The notes beneath the pieces are model-generated. The model did no database searches and had not been told where the DNA came from. It was given only the letters and a program-made list of their open reading frames with translations. From Prorocentrum cordatum (Eukaryota), in assembly GCA_963575745.1 (NCBI GenBank), contig CAUYUJ010000226.1:62001-126000 (forward strand): a stretch of 64,000 nucleotides of DNA, in the 5' to 3' direction. The position numbers and the translations under genes are program-made. This document shows, piece by piece, positions 48,828 through 61,894 of this stretch (positions are counted from its first letter, which is position 1; the number at the start of each line of letters is the position of its first letter).

Positions 48828-49570
48828 TTATTGAAAAAGTCAGGACGGAGGTTTTTCGCAGATATCGGCCCCCAGGGGCCCTCGCCGGGCCCCTGGGGGC
48901 CGATATCAAGGAGGAGGAGAAGGGGGGAGGAGGAGCAAGAGAAGGAGGAAGAGGAGGAGGAGGAGAAATGGAAAAGGGAGAGAAGGGGGAGGAGGAGGAA
49001 GAGGATGGAGCAGGCGTGGACGACGAAAACGATGGAGGAGGAGCAGGGAAAGATGTCTGAGAGAGGTTGGAGACGGCATCAGATGGGTCGCAGGGCGTTC
49101 CTACACGGCTCAATAGCTAGGGGTCTCGAAAGCCGGGGAAGTGAACGAAGCCCCTGGTGGCCCTGGTGGACCCTCGCCCGCTCCCCGGGACTCTCCCCCG
49201 GGAGAGAATCAAGCGTATCTGATCCGCGGGCCGCCGCCTGCTGTTCCGGGGCGACTCCGGGACGTGGCCCGGGAGCCCTCCCCCTCCCTGGCGGGAAAGA
49301 GAAGAAAAGGAAAAGAGGCTCCCTTCCCGAATTCGAAGCTGAGAGGTTGGATCCTCGATCGACCCGAGGGGGCGGCGTATCTGACCGTCTGACCCGGGTT
49401 TTCGCCAGCGGCTCTCCCCGGGACCTCCCCGGGACTTTCCCGCGGGAGGGCAGCGTATTTGAGCCGGGTCCCCTTTCCGGGAACACCCCGGGGCGTCGCC
49501 TGGGGACCTCCTCCCGTCCTGGCGGGAAAGAGAAGAAAAGGAATCTTTGGAGTCAATGGCGTCATTGCTC

Positions 49571-50268
49571 CGCCGGGAGGGCGGCGTATGTGACCCAGGA
49601 CCCCCCCCCGCTACCCCCCCCGGGACCCCCCCCGGGACCCCCCCCTTTGGCGGGAAAGGGATGAAAGGGAAGGGGCGTCCCCTTGACTCAGAGGCGACGT
49701 TGTTCCGTTTCGGTTTGCACCGACACGCTTCAGGAACAAGGTTTTGAAAAGGTTTCAGGACAGGAGAGAATACGACGGGCGCAGTGGAAAAGAAGGCTGT
49801 AGGGAAGGGACAGAAGCGACGCCGGGAGGGCGGCGTATGTGACCCAGGACCCCCTCCGCTACCCCCCCGGGGACCCCCCCTGGGACCCCCCCCCCTGGCG
49901 GGGAACGGGAGAAAGGGAAGGGGCTTCCCTTTGACTCAGAGGCGACGTTGTTCCGTTTCGGTTTGTACCGACACGCTTCAGGAAAAGGTTTTAGGACAGG
50001 AGAGAAAGCGATGGGCGCAGTGGATGAGAAGGCTGTAGGGAAGGGACAGAAGCGACGCCGGGAGGGCGGCGTATCTGATCCAGGACCCCCCCCGAGACCC
50101 CCCCCCCTGGCGGGGAAGGGAAGAAAGGGAAGGGGCTTCCCTTTGACTCAGAGGCGACGTTGTTCCGTTTCGGTTTGTACCGACACGCTTCAGGAAAAGG
50201 TTTTAGGACAGGAGAGAAAGCGACGGGCGCACTGGAGGAGAAGGCTGTAGGGAAGGGGCAGAAGCGAC
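49571..50268. repeat. Three tandem units of ~210-250 bp
   Basis: Units start CGCCGGGAGGGCGGCGTAT at 49571, 49820, 50056. Confidence 0.9.
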
Positions 50269-50479
50269 GACGCTGCAGGGAAACGGGAAAAAGGAACGAC
50301 GAGGAAGATGGGGCAAACAACAAAGCCTTTTCCACCCGCCGACAGGGTCTGCGGATTCGGATTATTCTTGTTAACATCGTCACTCTCGCACGCACTCACC
50401 CACTCGTCACCATCACTATCAACGCCACCATCGCCATCATAACCAACATTACCACCATGCCATCATGGGCATCGGCCAT

Positions 50480-51140
50480 TCATCGAAGTGAACTGTATGG
50501 AGTCTCGACCTGGGACCCCCTCCCTCACGCCCCCGCGCTTCATTTTCGAATCCGAGGCGGGCCATTGCCCTACCAAAGCAGGCGTAGCACTTGTGCACCC
50601 CATGGAGCACCGTCTTTAAGTGAATTGTGAGGAGGGCTCGAACGGGACTCCCCTTCCTAAAAGGCCCTATTTTTCATGTCCGGATCCGAGGCTGGTCATC
50701 GGCCTACTATAGCATGAACAGCACTTGAGCACCCCAAGGAGCTTCGTCTGTGAGTGAATTGTGTGGAACTCTCGAACGGGAACTCCCCCCCGAAGGACCC
50801 CGCATTTCACGTTCGAATCCGAGGCGACTCATCGGCCTACCACAGCAGGCATAGCCATTCAACACCCCAAGGACCCGCGTCTGTGAGTTAGTTGTGGTGA
50901 ATCTCGGGCGGGAGCCCCCTTCCTAAGGGCCCCGTACTTCATGTTCCAAGGCTTGCCATCGGCCTACTATAGCAGCCACAGCACCTGAGCACCCCAAGGA
51001 GCTTCATTTGTAAGTGAATTGTGAGGAAAGCTCGAGCGGAACCCCCTTTTTAAGGGCACCGCACTCATGTTCGAATCCGAGGCTGGCCATCGGCCTATCA
51101 GGCACAGCACTTGAGCACACCAAGAAGCCTCGTCTGTGAG
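50480..51140. repeat. Diverged ~130-bp tandem repeat, ~5 units
   Basis: Recurring GAATCCGAGGC..CATCGGCCTA..AGCACCCCAAGGA..GTGAGTGAATTGTG. Confidence 0.8.
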
Positions 51141-54100
51141 TGGACTGCGAGGAAGTCTCAAGCAGGAACCCTTCGCTATGCGGTCCGCAACTGATGTTAC
51201 TACTCCGATGCGGCGATCGGAACCTCGTAACTGTCGTCATTTTGGGCCTGAAGTCTTTCCGCCACGTGTGTGCCGAACGTGCTTATCCTCCAGCCGCCCG
51301 CGCGAGAATTCCTGGATCGCGGGCCGGCGGCGGCCTTTTCGCGAGGCGCTCAGGAATTTCGACAAGACAGCGGTGAGCTCCAGTGCCGAGGCGCAGCAGG
51401 TTCGCGGCAGAGCTTGGCTTCCCGCTGCCTCCCGTCTGTGCCCGGCCGTGGGTCGCTCGAGGCCTGCGGGGTTGTCCCAGCTCACCGGGTGCGTTCCGCT
51501 ACTCGCAAAGTGCCTGCTCGCGAACGCCCGAAAAACAAAAATCTGTTTCGTTGTAGTCCATCGTAGATGCCCCGCGGCGGATCCAGGCCATTTGCGAGAA
51601 GTTACTTTGCGAGTCGTGGAACGCGCTCGTCTACCAACGGCTTGCTCCCGCCCTCCAGCGACTCGCGGGTTTGTCCTGACGGCCTGGCCCGCGGGTCTGG
51701 CCCACTGGCTTCGCGATTTGGTCACGGCAGAACTCGCCTTTGCCGCCCGCGGCGGATACGGTGCCGAAGAGCATCGATTCGCGTGCCCCGGCCAGATGGG
51801 AGGAGGGGCGCATGAGGAGAAACGCGGTCCACAAGGCTCGCAGGCCGCACGGGTCTCACGCGCCCCACAGGTCAAGCAGGTCCCCCAGGTCCCACAGGTC
51901 CCGTCGGCCCCACATGTCCGGCGGATTGCACGGGGAACGCCGGCCCCACACGTCTCACAGGCACCACAGGCCCCATAGGTCGCGCAAAATCCACGCGGGT
52001 CGCACAGGTCCCGCGGGTCGCGCTTGTCCCAGTGGCCCCGCAGGTTTCATAGCCCCTACGAATTTTACGGCCCCCCGCAGGTTTCAACGGCCCCACAAGC
52101 TGCTTCCTCGTATCGTGGCATCCTTGCATTATCACCATCGCTCACCGCCGATGGTGGCGACTCATGCGCAGCAGAACGATTATGGTGAGGAGTCTCTCGT
52201 GTAAGCAAAAAGCGTTTGAGCACCTGCGGTGTCTCAACACGGCACCGCCGCCGCAGCGTGGGTTTTATTTTCCCCATCGGCAGGTTTTAACGGGCAAGGA
52301 GCAGTATAACACCGACGTTTTCGCTGTCGGGGGCGCCTGCCCCAGGGCGATTGGGAAGTTTATACTTTGACGTGCCATGGTAAGGGTGTCAACTTCCCAG
52401 CCGCCCTGCGACAGGCGCCCCCCGACAACGAAAAACAAATATGTCATGCCGATTTTCGCCCGTTAAAAGGTCGCCCCCGTCGTTCGGACCGGCGTTTCGA
52501 CGTCGCCGCGCCATGTTCCCTTCCCCCGCCCTCCCCCTGCTCAGCCTGTTGCCCCCTCCTCTCCGTGCTCATTGGCCTGCGCATGACACGATTGGGCCGT
52601 CCTTGGGAATTCCAGGGCCGCTGCGGCAGTCGCCGGCGGAGAAAGGCAAATTCCGCGCATTGGGGAGGAAGGGGATGGAGGGGCGCGGCGTCAGATACGG
52701 CGCGAGTGCATCCAGATTGCCTGTCTCCTCTCTCCCCTCCTTTCGCCCTCCTCCGCTTCACCATTTGGGAGTGACAGGGTATCTCTTGCGCGTTGGGGGC
52801 GCGCTGCTTGCGAGGGCGGCGGCGTCGAGTGCGCTACTCGCAGCTCGCAAGCGTCAGACGCTCCCGAAGTTTAGTGCTGTTCCCCCGGGTAGACGGGTAG
52901 ACGGCTGGTGCAGTGCAGCTTCTGTGGTTCCCTCTTCACCCTGCAGGATCGAGGATCAATGATTCTGGACGTTTTTCGTCCTTGTCGGTCCCCCCAGGGC
53001 TTCCGAGGACCTCGTGGAGACCTCCGGGCGTTTCCAACGACTTCATCTTTTCTTTCCCTTCCGCTTCTCATCTGGGTCTCAAGATTACCTTCGTTCCCTG
53101 CTTCGATGAGCGTGCCATCCATCCATCCGTCCACTCATCCTCTTCCTCCTCTTTCTCTCCCTCTTCCTCTCAGGCAAGCCCTGAACTTCGGATGAATATA
53201 GCAACAGCGCTCTGAAGTGTTCTCGGAACGCCTCCGAGCGCTTCAGACTGACCGCGGTGCCCCGCCCATCCTCCAAACCCGCTGGTACTGGGAGGTCCTG
53301 GCATGTTTCTATCCAGGTCTGTTATCGCCCTGCCCACGCGGTGCTCGCCTCATCACCTTCTCCTCCCTTTCCTCCCTCCCCTCCTCACCTTCGCCCTCTT
53401 CCCCTGTATCCTCCCTCCCCTGATCTCCTTCACCTTCTCCTCTCCTCCCGTCCTTCTCATCCGCCTCCTATTCCTCTTCTTCTTCCTCCTCCTCCATCTC
53501 CTCCCTTTCCTCCGTCTCCTCTGTCAACTCTCCTCCTTCTGTCACCTCTCCTCTGTCACCTCTCCTCTGTCACCGTCTCCTCTGTCAACTCCCCTCTGTC
53601 ACCTCTCCTCTGTCACCTGTCCTTTGTCACCTCTCCCCTGTCACCTCCCTTCCCCTCTTCTCATTCACCTGCTCCTCCTCCTCCTCGCCCTCCTCCTCCT
53701 CCGCCTCCTCTCCTCTTCCCTCCTCCCTCCTTCCTCCCTCCTGCCTCCCTTCTCCTCCCTCCTCCCTCCTCCCTCCTCCTTCTCCTCCCTCTCCTCCCTC
53801 TCCTCCTCCTCCTCCTCTCCTCTCCTTCATCGTGCCCCCTTTTCCCTCATTCTCTCTTATCTCTCCCCCCTCCAGGCTTTTCCCCGCGGCCGGCGCTGGC
53901 GTCGTCGCCGCGCCCGCGCCGTCAGGGCCGCGCGCTCCGCCCCCCCTCTGCGACGGCTGCCCAGAGACCCGAGACCGCGGCCTCGCGCAACCTGCCGCGA
54001 GGCTTTTTCGATCCGAAAAGTCACGGGAGGCGAACGCATCCGATGCTCGAGGGTTTTGGGGCAGGTTTTCGCCGCGTCGGGGCCTCGGGGAAGCTCCCCG

Positions 54101-54596
54101 CCGCCAAGGCCGGATCCGCCTCGAGGTGCTCCTCAGGACGCGCCTGAGCCCAGGATCCTGGCATCGTCGCGTCGGGGAAAGCGACATCGCGACGGGAAGT
54201 TGTTTGGAGCACTTTCAGGAGCGGCGAGTGCACACACACACACACACACACAAACGCGCATATACACATACATATGTGTATATATATATAGATATATACA
54301 TACATACATACATAGGTATATATGCATGTACATTCATATACATATATGTATATCCGTATCCGCGTCCTCGCAGTGTGGTTTCCGGGGCGCGATGCCGCGG
54401 ATGCGCAGTCGTGGAGTTACCTTCCGCGCGGTGGATCCGCGGGAAAAGCGCCACGCAACCACAGCCTCGCGGCCCAGGGAGCCCCTGCCCGCGAGGCCGC
54501 GGGGCACGGATGTGTGTTCTCCGCCCACGAGAGAAGGCGCCCCGCCTGCTCGGGGCTCGCGTGGCACCAGCTGCACGCAGCAGCGGACGTCGATGA

Positions 54597-54730
54597 TCAG
54601 GAGGGAAAAAAACACCCAGACACAAATAATCGTCGATTCCCCAGAAAATATATGAAAATATGGGAATTGGGGGGGGACAGAACCCTAGAAAATATGGGGA
54701 ATCCTTTTATTTGTGTGCATTTATTTGTGG
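54597..54730 (+). mobile_element. Family A element, right end lost
   Basis: Left end and body match; no CCTTCA end. Confidence 0.7.
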
Positions 54731-56093
54731 TCCCCGACCGGTGCGGTGCGGTCTGTCGGGATTCGGGGTCGCCGGGCGGTTTTGGAACCTAGGCCGTTTT
54801 CGCCCGCGACCTTCGCCCTTCTGGAACGAGCCCTTCCGAGGCGGGGATTTACCCATAGCCACTGCGGGGGATCGATCTTCGCGGACCTCCAGAGGCGGTG
54901 GATCTGGATAGATTCGGGCCCTTGCGGGGGCCACAATCTATTCACACCCACCGCCCGCTGATTTGTCCATGTCCCCGGAAGTCTCGACCCTTTCCCCGGG
55001 CCGGGCCCCCTGGTCCTGAATCGACGTTTGACGGTTCCGGGGCCTGGCGAGGGCTCCCGGAGGCCGAAAGTGGTTCAAAGGAAGCAGCAGCATGAAGAAG
55101 CACGTTCCGCCGAAGGATTGGTTCCACGACGCGATCACGTTGTAAAAAAGGAGGAGGAGGAGGAGGAGGAGGAGGAGGAGGAGGAGGAGGAGGAGGCGTC
55201 GTGATTTCTGTCCACGACGCGATCGTGCCCGGCACCGGGACGCGCGGCTCCCAGGCGGTGGCCCTGGATGCGTGTTCGCCTCGCCGCCTTGGCCCTTGGC
55301 CCTGGCCCTCGTCGTCGCAGGCCCCAGCCCTGGCCTCTCTGGAGCGGGACCTGGCCCTCGTCGTCGTCGTCTGCCTCCTCCCACTCCTCCTCCTCCTCCT
55401 CCTCCTCCTCCTCCTCCTCCTCCTCCTGTTCCTCCTCCTCCTTTCCTCCTCCTCCTCCTCCTCCTCCTCCTGTTCCTCCTCCTCCTTCTCCTCCTCCTCT
55501 CCTCCCTCCTCCTCCTCCTCCACCTCCTCCTCCTCCTCCCTCCTCTCCTCCTCCTCCTCCTCCTCCTCCTCCTCCTCCTTCCTCCCCCTCCTCCTCCTCC
55601 TCCTCCTCCCGTTCCTCCCCCTCCACCTCCTCCTCCTCCTCGGAGGTGTCGTTCCCACATCTTCGGGGAAGGCCCCGAAGACTTCTCAGGAGTTTTGGGG
55701 GGCTTCCGAGCTTGCTGAGCAAGCCCGCCCCTTCTCGGGCGCCTGGTGCTTTTTCGGCCATGCCTCGGCTCTCCGGCGGCCGTGCGGGGCGATCCAGACA
55801 CCCCTGGAACGCTCTCGGCGAGGCGCAGCTGCTGGAGCGCATCCCGCGGCGGGAAGTCCGCCGAGATCCGACGCCGACGCCCGAAAGCCTCAGACCTCGA
55901 GCCCTAAACTCCCCAACGTTCCCCCCCCCCCCCCTCACGGGCTCGCCGCCGAAGTGGGAAATCTGGGACTGCCGCGCGGTTGCGGGTGGCTCGGCTCGTG
56001 CCGTGCTCCAGGGGCGCCTCTGGCGGCCAGGGCCCCCGAGGTCCCAAGGCCGCGCGGTTCGGCGGGGCCGCGCAGTGAGGTCGTCGGACCCTC

Positions 56094-56458
56094 CTCGGGG
56101 GGGAAACAAATTCCCACCGACACACCGACGATTCCCCGGGAAATATGGGGACCTACGGGGGACATGGGGGGGAAGACGAAGAGCTAGAAATCATGTGACA
56201 ATGTGGGGAGTATTGACTTGTTAGCTTTATTTGTCTTTAACACATACATGTACGTATTTACATACACATATGTACACATATCTATACACATGTACATACC
56301 TACATATATGCATACCTATGCACATGCAGTAAGACATACTACCTGGGTACATGCATACCTACATACATATGTACATTTGTATACACACATTATATATACA
56401 TGTATTCTTACATATGCATGTATATATATATATATATATGTGTCCCTGGGCCCCTTCA
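56094..56458 (+). mobile_element. Degenerate family A element with internal (TACA/TA)n expansion
   Basis: GATTCCCCGGGAAATATGGG body; right end GTGTCCCTGGGCCCCTTCA; left boundary approximate. Confidence 0.6.
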
Positions 56459-57620
56459 GTTCCGCGTTCACCACGCGGTTCGTCACCCCAGGGTCGTGGG
56501 CGCCCCGAAGAGGAGCGCTGCCCTGAGCGCGGCGGTCTTCGCCCGCCCGGGGCTCGCCAGCACGTGTGCGGCCGGAGGCGGGCTTGGTTTCTCTCCGGCG
56601 CGCTCCCGCTGTCCTCCCCCGCCTCCTCGCCCGTTTCGCTTCCTCGTCCTGTATTTTGTTTGTCCTCTGTCCTCCTCCTCCTCCTCCTCCTCCTCCTCCT
56701 CCTCGTGCTCCTCCTCGTGCTCCTCCTCCTCCACCTCCTGCTCCTGCTCCTCCTGCTCCTCCTCCTGCTCCTCCTCCTCCTCCTCCTCCTCCTCCACCTC
56801 CTCCACCTCCACCTCCTGCTCCTGCTCCTCCTCCTCCTCCTCCTCCTCTTCCTCCTCCTCCTGCTCCTCCTCCACCACCTCCTGCTCCTGCTCCTATTTC
56901 TCCTCCTCCGCCCTCCGCCCTTCTCCTCCTCCTCCTCATCATCTTTCTCCTCCGCCTCCCTCCTTCTTTCCTTCCCTCCCTCCCCCCTTCCTCCCTCCTC
57001 TCCTCCCCCCCCCTCGTCCCCTCCCCCCTCCTATTCCTTCTGCCCCCCTCTGTCCCCCTCTCGTCCGCCCTGAGGGCCACGGCGCTGCCGTGCTCTTTGG
57101 GCGGCGCCACCCGCCGCGGGGGAAACAAGCTTCGAGGTTCGAGGCTCGAGGCTTTCGGACGCTTTCGCCACTCCTCGGCGGTTGTCCAGCCTCGGGATGC
57201 TTGTCGAACGCTTTCGTCGGTTCTCGGCGGTTTTCGAGGTTCGAGGTTCGAGGCTTTCGGACGCTTCCGCTGGTTCTCGGAGGTTGTCCAGCCTCGGGAT
57301 GCATGCCAGCGGCGGCGCCTCGCCGAGGGCGTTCCGGGTGGCTGCCCGGATCGTCCCGAACGGTCGCCGGAGGGCCGAGCTATGACTCCCTAACCACATT
57401 CGCCATGGGCTCCGAGGTTCTTTGCCGAGTTCGGGCTCACCCCCTGGGCCCCGGGACTGTCCGAAAACGGTACCGGAGGAGCACGTGGTCTTGGTGGAAG
57501 GCCCCGGAGGCCCAGGACCCGTTTCCCTCGGGGCTTTTTATTTTTTCTGTGGAGCCACCCGCCTCTGGGCCCCCCTTGCCTGCGCGAGGGCGCAAGTGGC
57601 ATGTGGCGCGCAGGCGGCAG

Positions 57621-57805
57621 AAGCTTTTGGGCGACGCAATCTATACATATCCACTGCTCCCTGGCCAGGCCCATCCTGAACCCAGGAGCTGTGTATGCGC
57701 CCTCCTGGCCAAGCCAGGAGGGCGTGGCGTATACACAGCTGCTGTGTTCAGGATGGGCCTGGCCAGGGAGCAGTGGATATGTATAGATTGCGTCGCCCTA
57801 AGCTT
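57621..57805. repeat. Near-perfect palindrome (foldback element)
   Basis: GGGCGACGCAATCTATACATATCCACTGCTCCC ... GGGAGCAGTGGATATGTATAGATTGCGTCGCCC. Confidence 0.85.
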
Positions 57806-57930
57806 TGCCCCCCCTCTTCCTCCTTCGCCCCCCGCCCTGCCCACATCCCGCCGCGCCGCGCCCCGCCGCGCCCCGCCGTGCAAGGAGTTCTGCGTCTGCG
57901 ACTTCTGGCCGGCGAAGGACGCCGAAGCAA

Positions 57931-58091
57931 TGATGGGCCTGTTTTCCACCACCACCACCATAAGTTGGAGGGGGGAGGTGGTCCTCCTCCTCCTCCTCCT
58001 CCTCCTTCTCGTCCTCCTCCTCCTCCTCGTCCTCAACCACCTCCTTCCCCCCTCCAACTTATGGTGGTGGTGGTGGAAAACAGGCCCATCA
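57931..58091. mobile_element. Family B MITE
   Basis: Same TIRs; TSD AGCAA. Confidence 0.9.
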
Positions 58092-58892
58092 AGCAAGGGT
58101 GGGGGGTGAGAGGAGGCAGAGGAGGATCCAGGCCAGAGGAGGAGAAGGGGCCAAAACCATGATCGAGTCGCCCAAAAAAAACACCGAAAGACACCAGAGA
58201 GGGCGAGATTGCTCGATGGGAAACCTGCATGAATTGCCTGTGCTGTTTGGCAGGTGCCATGCCTATCCGCCTGGGCTGCTTGCCGAGTTCGGTCCGCCTT
58301 TTCGGCACAGCTTCGTCCTCCGCCTCGAGTCTTCTGCGGAGCAGCCTCGCGCAGGTTCACGAAATGCCCCCACGAGAAACTCAAAGACGCTCCAAGAGAC
58401 GTTCTCGACTGGAATAGCGTGCTGTCGTTGCTAATAATGAAAAAGGTGCGCTTATTCTATGCTGGCTTCGCGGCTCCGCACGACGCTGCAAAAAGCCGCC
58501 GAAATTGCCCGAGATGGCTCAAAAGAGCCCGAGAGACCTATCCGAAGACAGTAAGGGGCGCTCCTAAATTCAAGAAGCCCAAACGGCCCAGGTGAATCTG
58601 AAGCAAGCCGCCGCAGAGCCGAGAGTGTCCCCAAAACATTCAGACGGCCCATGATGGCCCGAAAGGGCTGGAACGGGGGGAGACCTCCCAAGAAGGCAGT
58701 CGGGGCTGGACAGACCTCCTACCCTGACACGTCGACTAGTGAATTGGCCGTTTTCGGTTCGCGGAAGGGCGTCGCGGCCGTCATTTTTGCGGGTCCAGGT
58801 CCATCGGTTTCGGTCCCAGGCCGTTTTCATTAAGGGGAGGTCTACTAAAGGGAGGTTTGTCCAGCGCCGAGGCAGGGGCCTAACATCCCTAC

Positions 58893-59066
58893 TGAGGAGG
58901 GGAAAGAACACAGACACAATGAATCGTCGATTCCCCCGAAACATATGGGAACATCTGGGAAGTGGGGGGGGGAGACAAAAATCCAGAAAATATTGGAAAA
59001 TATTGGGAATCTTGCTATTGTGTGTATTTATTGGTGTGTGTGTGTGTGTGTCCTGGGGCCCCTTGA
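58893..59066 (+). mobile_element. Family A element
   Basis: TGAGGAGGGG...GGGCCCCTTGA; near-TSD CCTAC/GCTAC. Confidence 0.8.
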
Positions 59067-59518
59067 GCTACTCTGTCTAGGCGAGGACCGTCGAGTAGCC
59101 CCCTGGATCACCGAGCAAACAAAGAAAACACGCACGACATCGAACAGTTCACGGGGAGCGGACGTGCAGGCAATGGCGAGGGGGAGCTCACCAGGCAGCG
59201 CCCCGAGGCGTCAATGGGAAGCCCCTGGGCGGTTCTAAGAAGGATCCTCGAGGCAGTGCAAGCTTCGCATGTTCTCGGTGCTGGACGGGTGGTGCGTGTA
59301 CCCAGGCAGGCGGCAAGCAGCGTCGGAGCGGGCCGCCGTCGCACCCTTGAGCCTCAACCGACCTCTTGTTTCCGGGGATCGACGTTCGATCCATACGCTT
59401 GCTGCTGCCCCTGCTCTGGGCGGCGAGCGAGGGGGGGAAAGGAGAAGGCCTTCTCAGAAGGCTCTCGGGAGTGCCCCGGCCTATCATTTTTCTAAGCCTT
59501 CCCCGAAGACACAACCAA

Positions 59519-59678
59519 TGATGGGCGTGTTTTCCACCACCACCACCATAAGTTGGAGTTGGGAAGGAGGAGGAGGAGGACGAGGAGGAGGAGGACGAAG
59601 AAGAGGAGGAGGAGGAGGAAGAGGAGGGCACCCTCCCCCTCCAACTTATGGTGGTGGTGGTGGAAAACAGGCCCATCA
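59519..59678. mobile_element. Family B MITE (GGA core, opposite orientation)
   Basis: Same TIRs; TSD ACCAA. Confidence 0.9.
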
Positions 59679-59853
59679 ACCAAAACTTTTCTCAGGAGGC
59701 GCGAGGGCTTCCGAGAAGCCACGCGGCCTACGCCGCCTGCTGCGGAGGCCCTCTCCTCCTCGCTTCCCCCCCCTCGCTCGCCGCCGAGGGAGGGCACGGC
59801 TCACGCGCTTGGCCTCCTGGGCCCTCGCTGCGCCCCCTGGCGCGTGCCCCTGC

Positions 59854-60016
59854 TCAGGAGGGAAAGAAACACACAGACACAATTAATCGTCGACTCCCAG
59901 GAAGATATGCAAACATATGGGAAGTGGTGGGGAAGACAACAACCCAGAAACTATAGGAAAATATGGGGGATATTTTTATTTGTGTGTATTTGTTTGTGTG
60001 TTCCAGTTCCCCTTCA
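59854..60016 (+). mobile_element. Family A element
   Basis: Same ends; TSD CCTGC. Confidence 0.85.
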
Positions 60017-60039
60017 CCTGCGTGCGCAGGGGCAGGGAT

Positions 60040-60720
60040 GGTGATCGTTGTCTTCGTCCTCACTTTGCCGATCGGCGTGGGGCCGATCACCCCCTCGGGG
60101 CTCGTGCCGATTCCTCCGAGTCGTTTCGGTTCGACGTCGATGGCTTCTGATTCCAATTCGATTTGTTGACTCTTGGTTATAGTGATGGTTTTCTTATTCC
60201 TCATTTTGCCGATCGGCCTGGGGCCTCGCACCCCCGCGGGGCTCGTGTCGATTCCTCCGATTCGTTTCGGTTCGATGTCGATGGTTCCCGATTCCGATTC
60301 GATTTGACTCTTGGTTATGGTGATGGTTTGCTTATTCCTCATTTTGCCGATCGGCCTGGGGCCTCGCACCCCCGCGGGGCTCGTGTCGATTTCTCCGATT
60401 CGTTTCGGTTCGATGTCGATGGTTCCCGATTCCGATTCGATGTGACTCTTGGTTATAGTGATGGTTTGCTTATTCCTCATTTTGCCGATCGGCCTGGGGC
60501 CTCGCACCCCCGCGGGGCTCGTGTCGATTCCTCCGATTCGTTTCGGTTCGATGTCGATGGTTCCCGATTCCGATTCGATTTGACTCTTGGTTATAGTGAT
60601 GGTTTTCTTTTTCCTCATTTTGCCGATCGGCCTGGGGCCTCGCACCCCCGCGGGGCTCGTGTCGATTCCTCCGATTCGTTTCGGTTCGATGTCGATGGTT
60701 CCCGATTCCGATTCGATTTG
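60040..60720. repeat. 138-bp tandem repeat, ~5 units
   Basis: GACTCTTGGTTAT recurs at 60168, 60306, 60444, 60582. Confidence 0.95.
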
Positions 60721-61894
60721 ACTTCGGATTCCGATTTGGGCTCCGATTTCTTATCGGAGGCCTGCTAGCCTGCCGATTTCCGCCGATTCGATTTTCCCCG
60801 CCTCGGCTGCCGATTTCCGCCGAATTCGATTCCTTTCGGTCGCCAATCCGACCTACCGATCCGATTCTGGGCTCTCCTGCCCTCTCCCCCCCCGTGAGGT
60901 AGATCTCGGCTGCCTTGGGCGCCTGTTTCGAGCAGGTGGAGCCCCCCCCCCCATAGCACGCACTCTTGCGAACAGTCGCGCCAAGCGGAGGGCGGAGGTC
61001 CGGAGCCAGACCCCCCCCCCCTCCGCTTCTCCCTCTCGCCCACGGCCGAAACGCCGCAAAAGAAACGGGCCACATAGCATGTCGACCGCCCACGTTTCGC
61101 GCGCAAGTCGGTGTCCAGGGCCTCTCGGCCCCTGGGCCCCCTGCCGCCGAGCCGCGGCCGCCGCCCGCGCCCGAGGCGCCTCGGCGCTCGCCCCGGTGTC
61201 GCGCCGCCACCGCCGGCCGTCGCTGGGCGGTCTGCCCCTCGCGGCCGACGAAGCCGTCGCGGCCGCAGGCGCCGGGCGCCGAGGTCGCCGCGTGCCGAGG
61301 TCGCCGGGCGACGTCGCCGCGCGCCGACGGCGCCGCCGCAGGCGAAGGCGCCTCCCTCGCCGTCGTCGAGCTCGTCGCCGTCGGGGCCGCCGTGCGTCGG
61401 GAAGTCCTCGCCGGCCTCGGCGGATCCGCCGCCTCGCGGCGTCCCGCGAGGACGTGGCGCGCACGCTGGCGGAGCAGGCCGAGGCGCCGCGCCCGCGCCG
61501 GTGTCGCGGGTCTGCTGGGCGTGGCCTCTCCGCGGCGGGAGGGCCCGCCGCTCCCCCCCCGTCGCCGTGTCGTGCGGTGTGGGGTCCTCGCTCTGAGGAG
61601 ACAGCGCCCCGCGTCTCCCTCAGTCCTCCTCCTCCTCAGTCCTCCTCCTCCTCCTCCTCCTCAGTCCTCCTCCTTCTCCTCCTTCTCCTCCTCCTCCTCT
61701 TCCTCTTTCTCCTCCTCCTCCTCCTCCTCCTCCTCCTCCTCTTCCTCCTTAGTCCTGCTCCTTAGTCCTCCTCCTGCTCCTCCTCCTCCTCCGCCTCCTC
61801 CGCCTCCTCATCCGCCTCCTCCTCCTGCTCCTCCTCCTCCTCCTCTAATCTCACCCGATCTCATCCATTCCTTCACCCTCCCCGTGTCACTGTT

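Noticed and set aside
59854..60768. ORFs with 46-aa repeats
   Set aside because: Consequence of a 138-bp DNA unit; open on both strands and overlapping a family A element.
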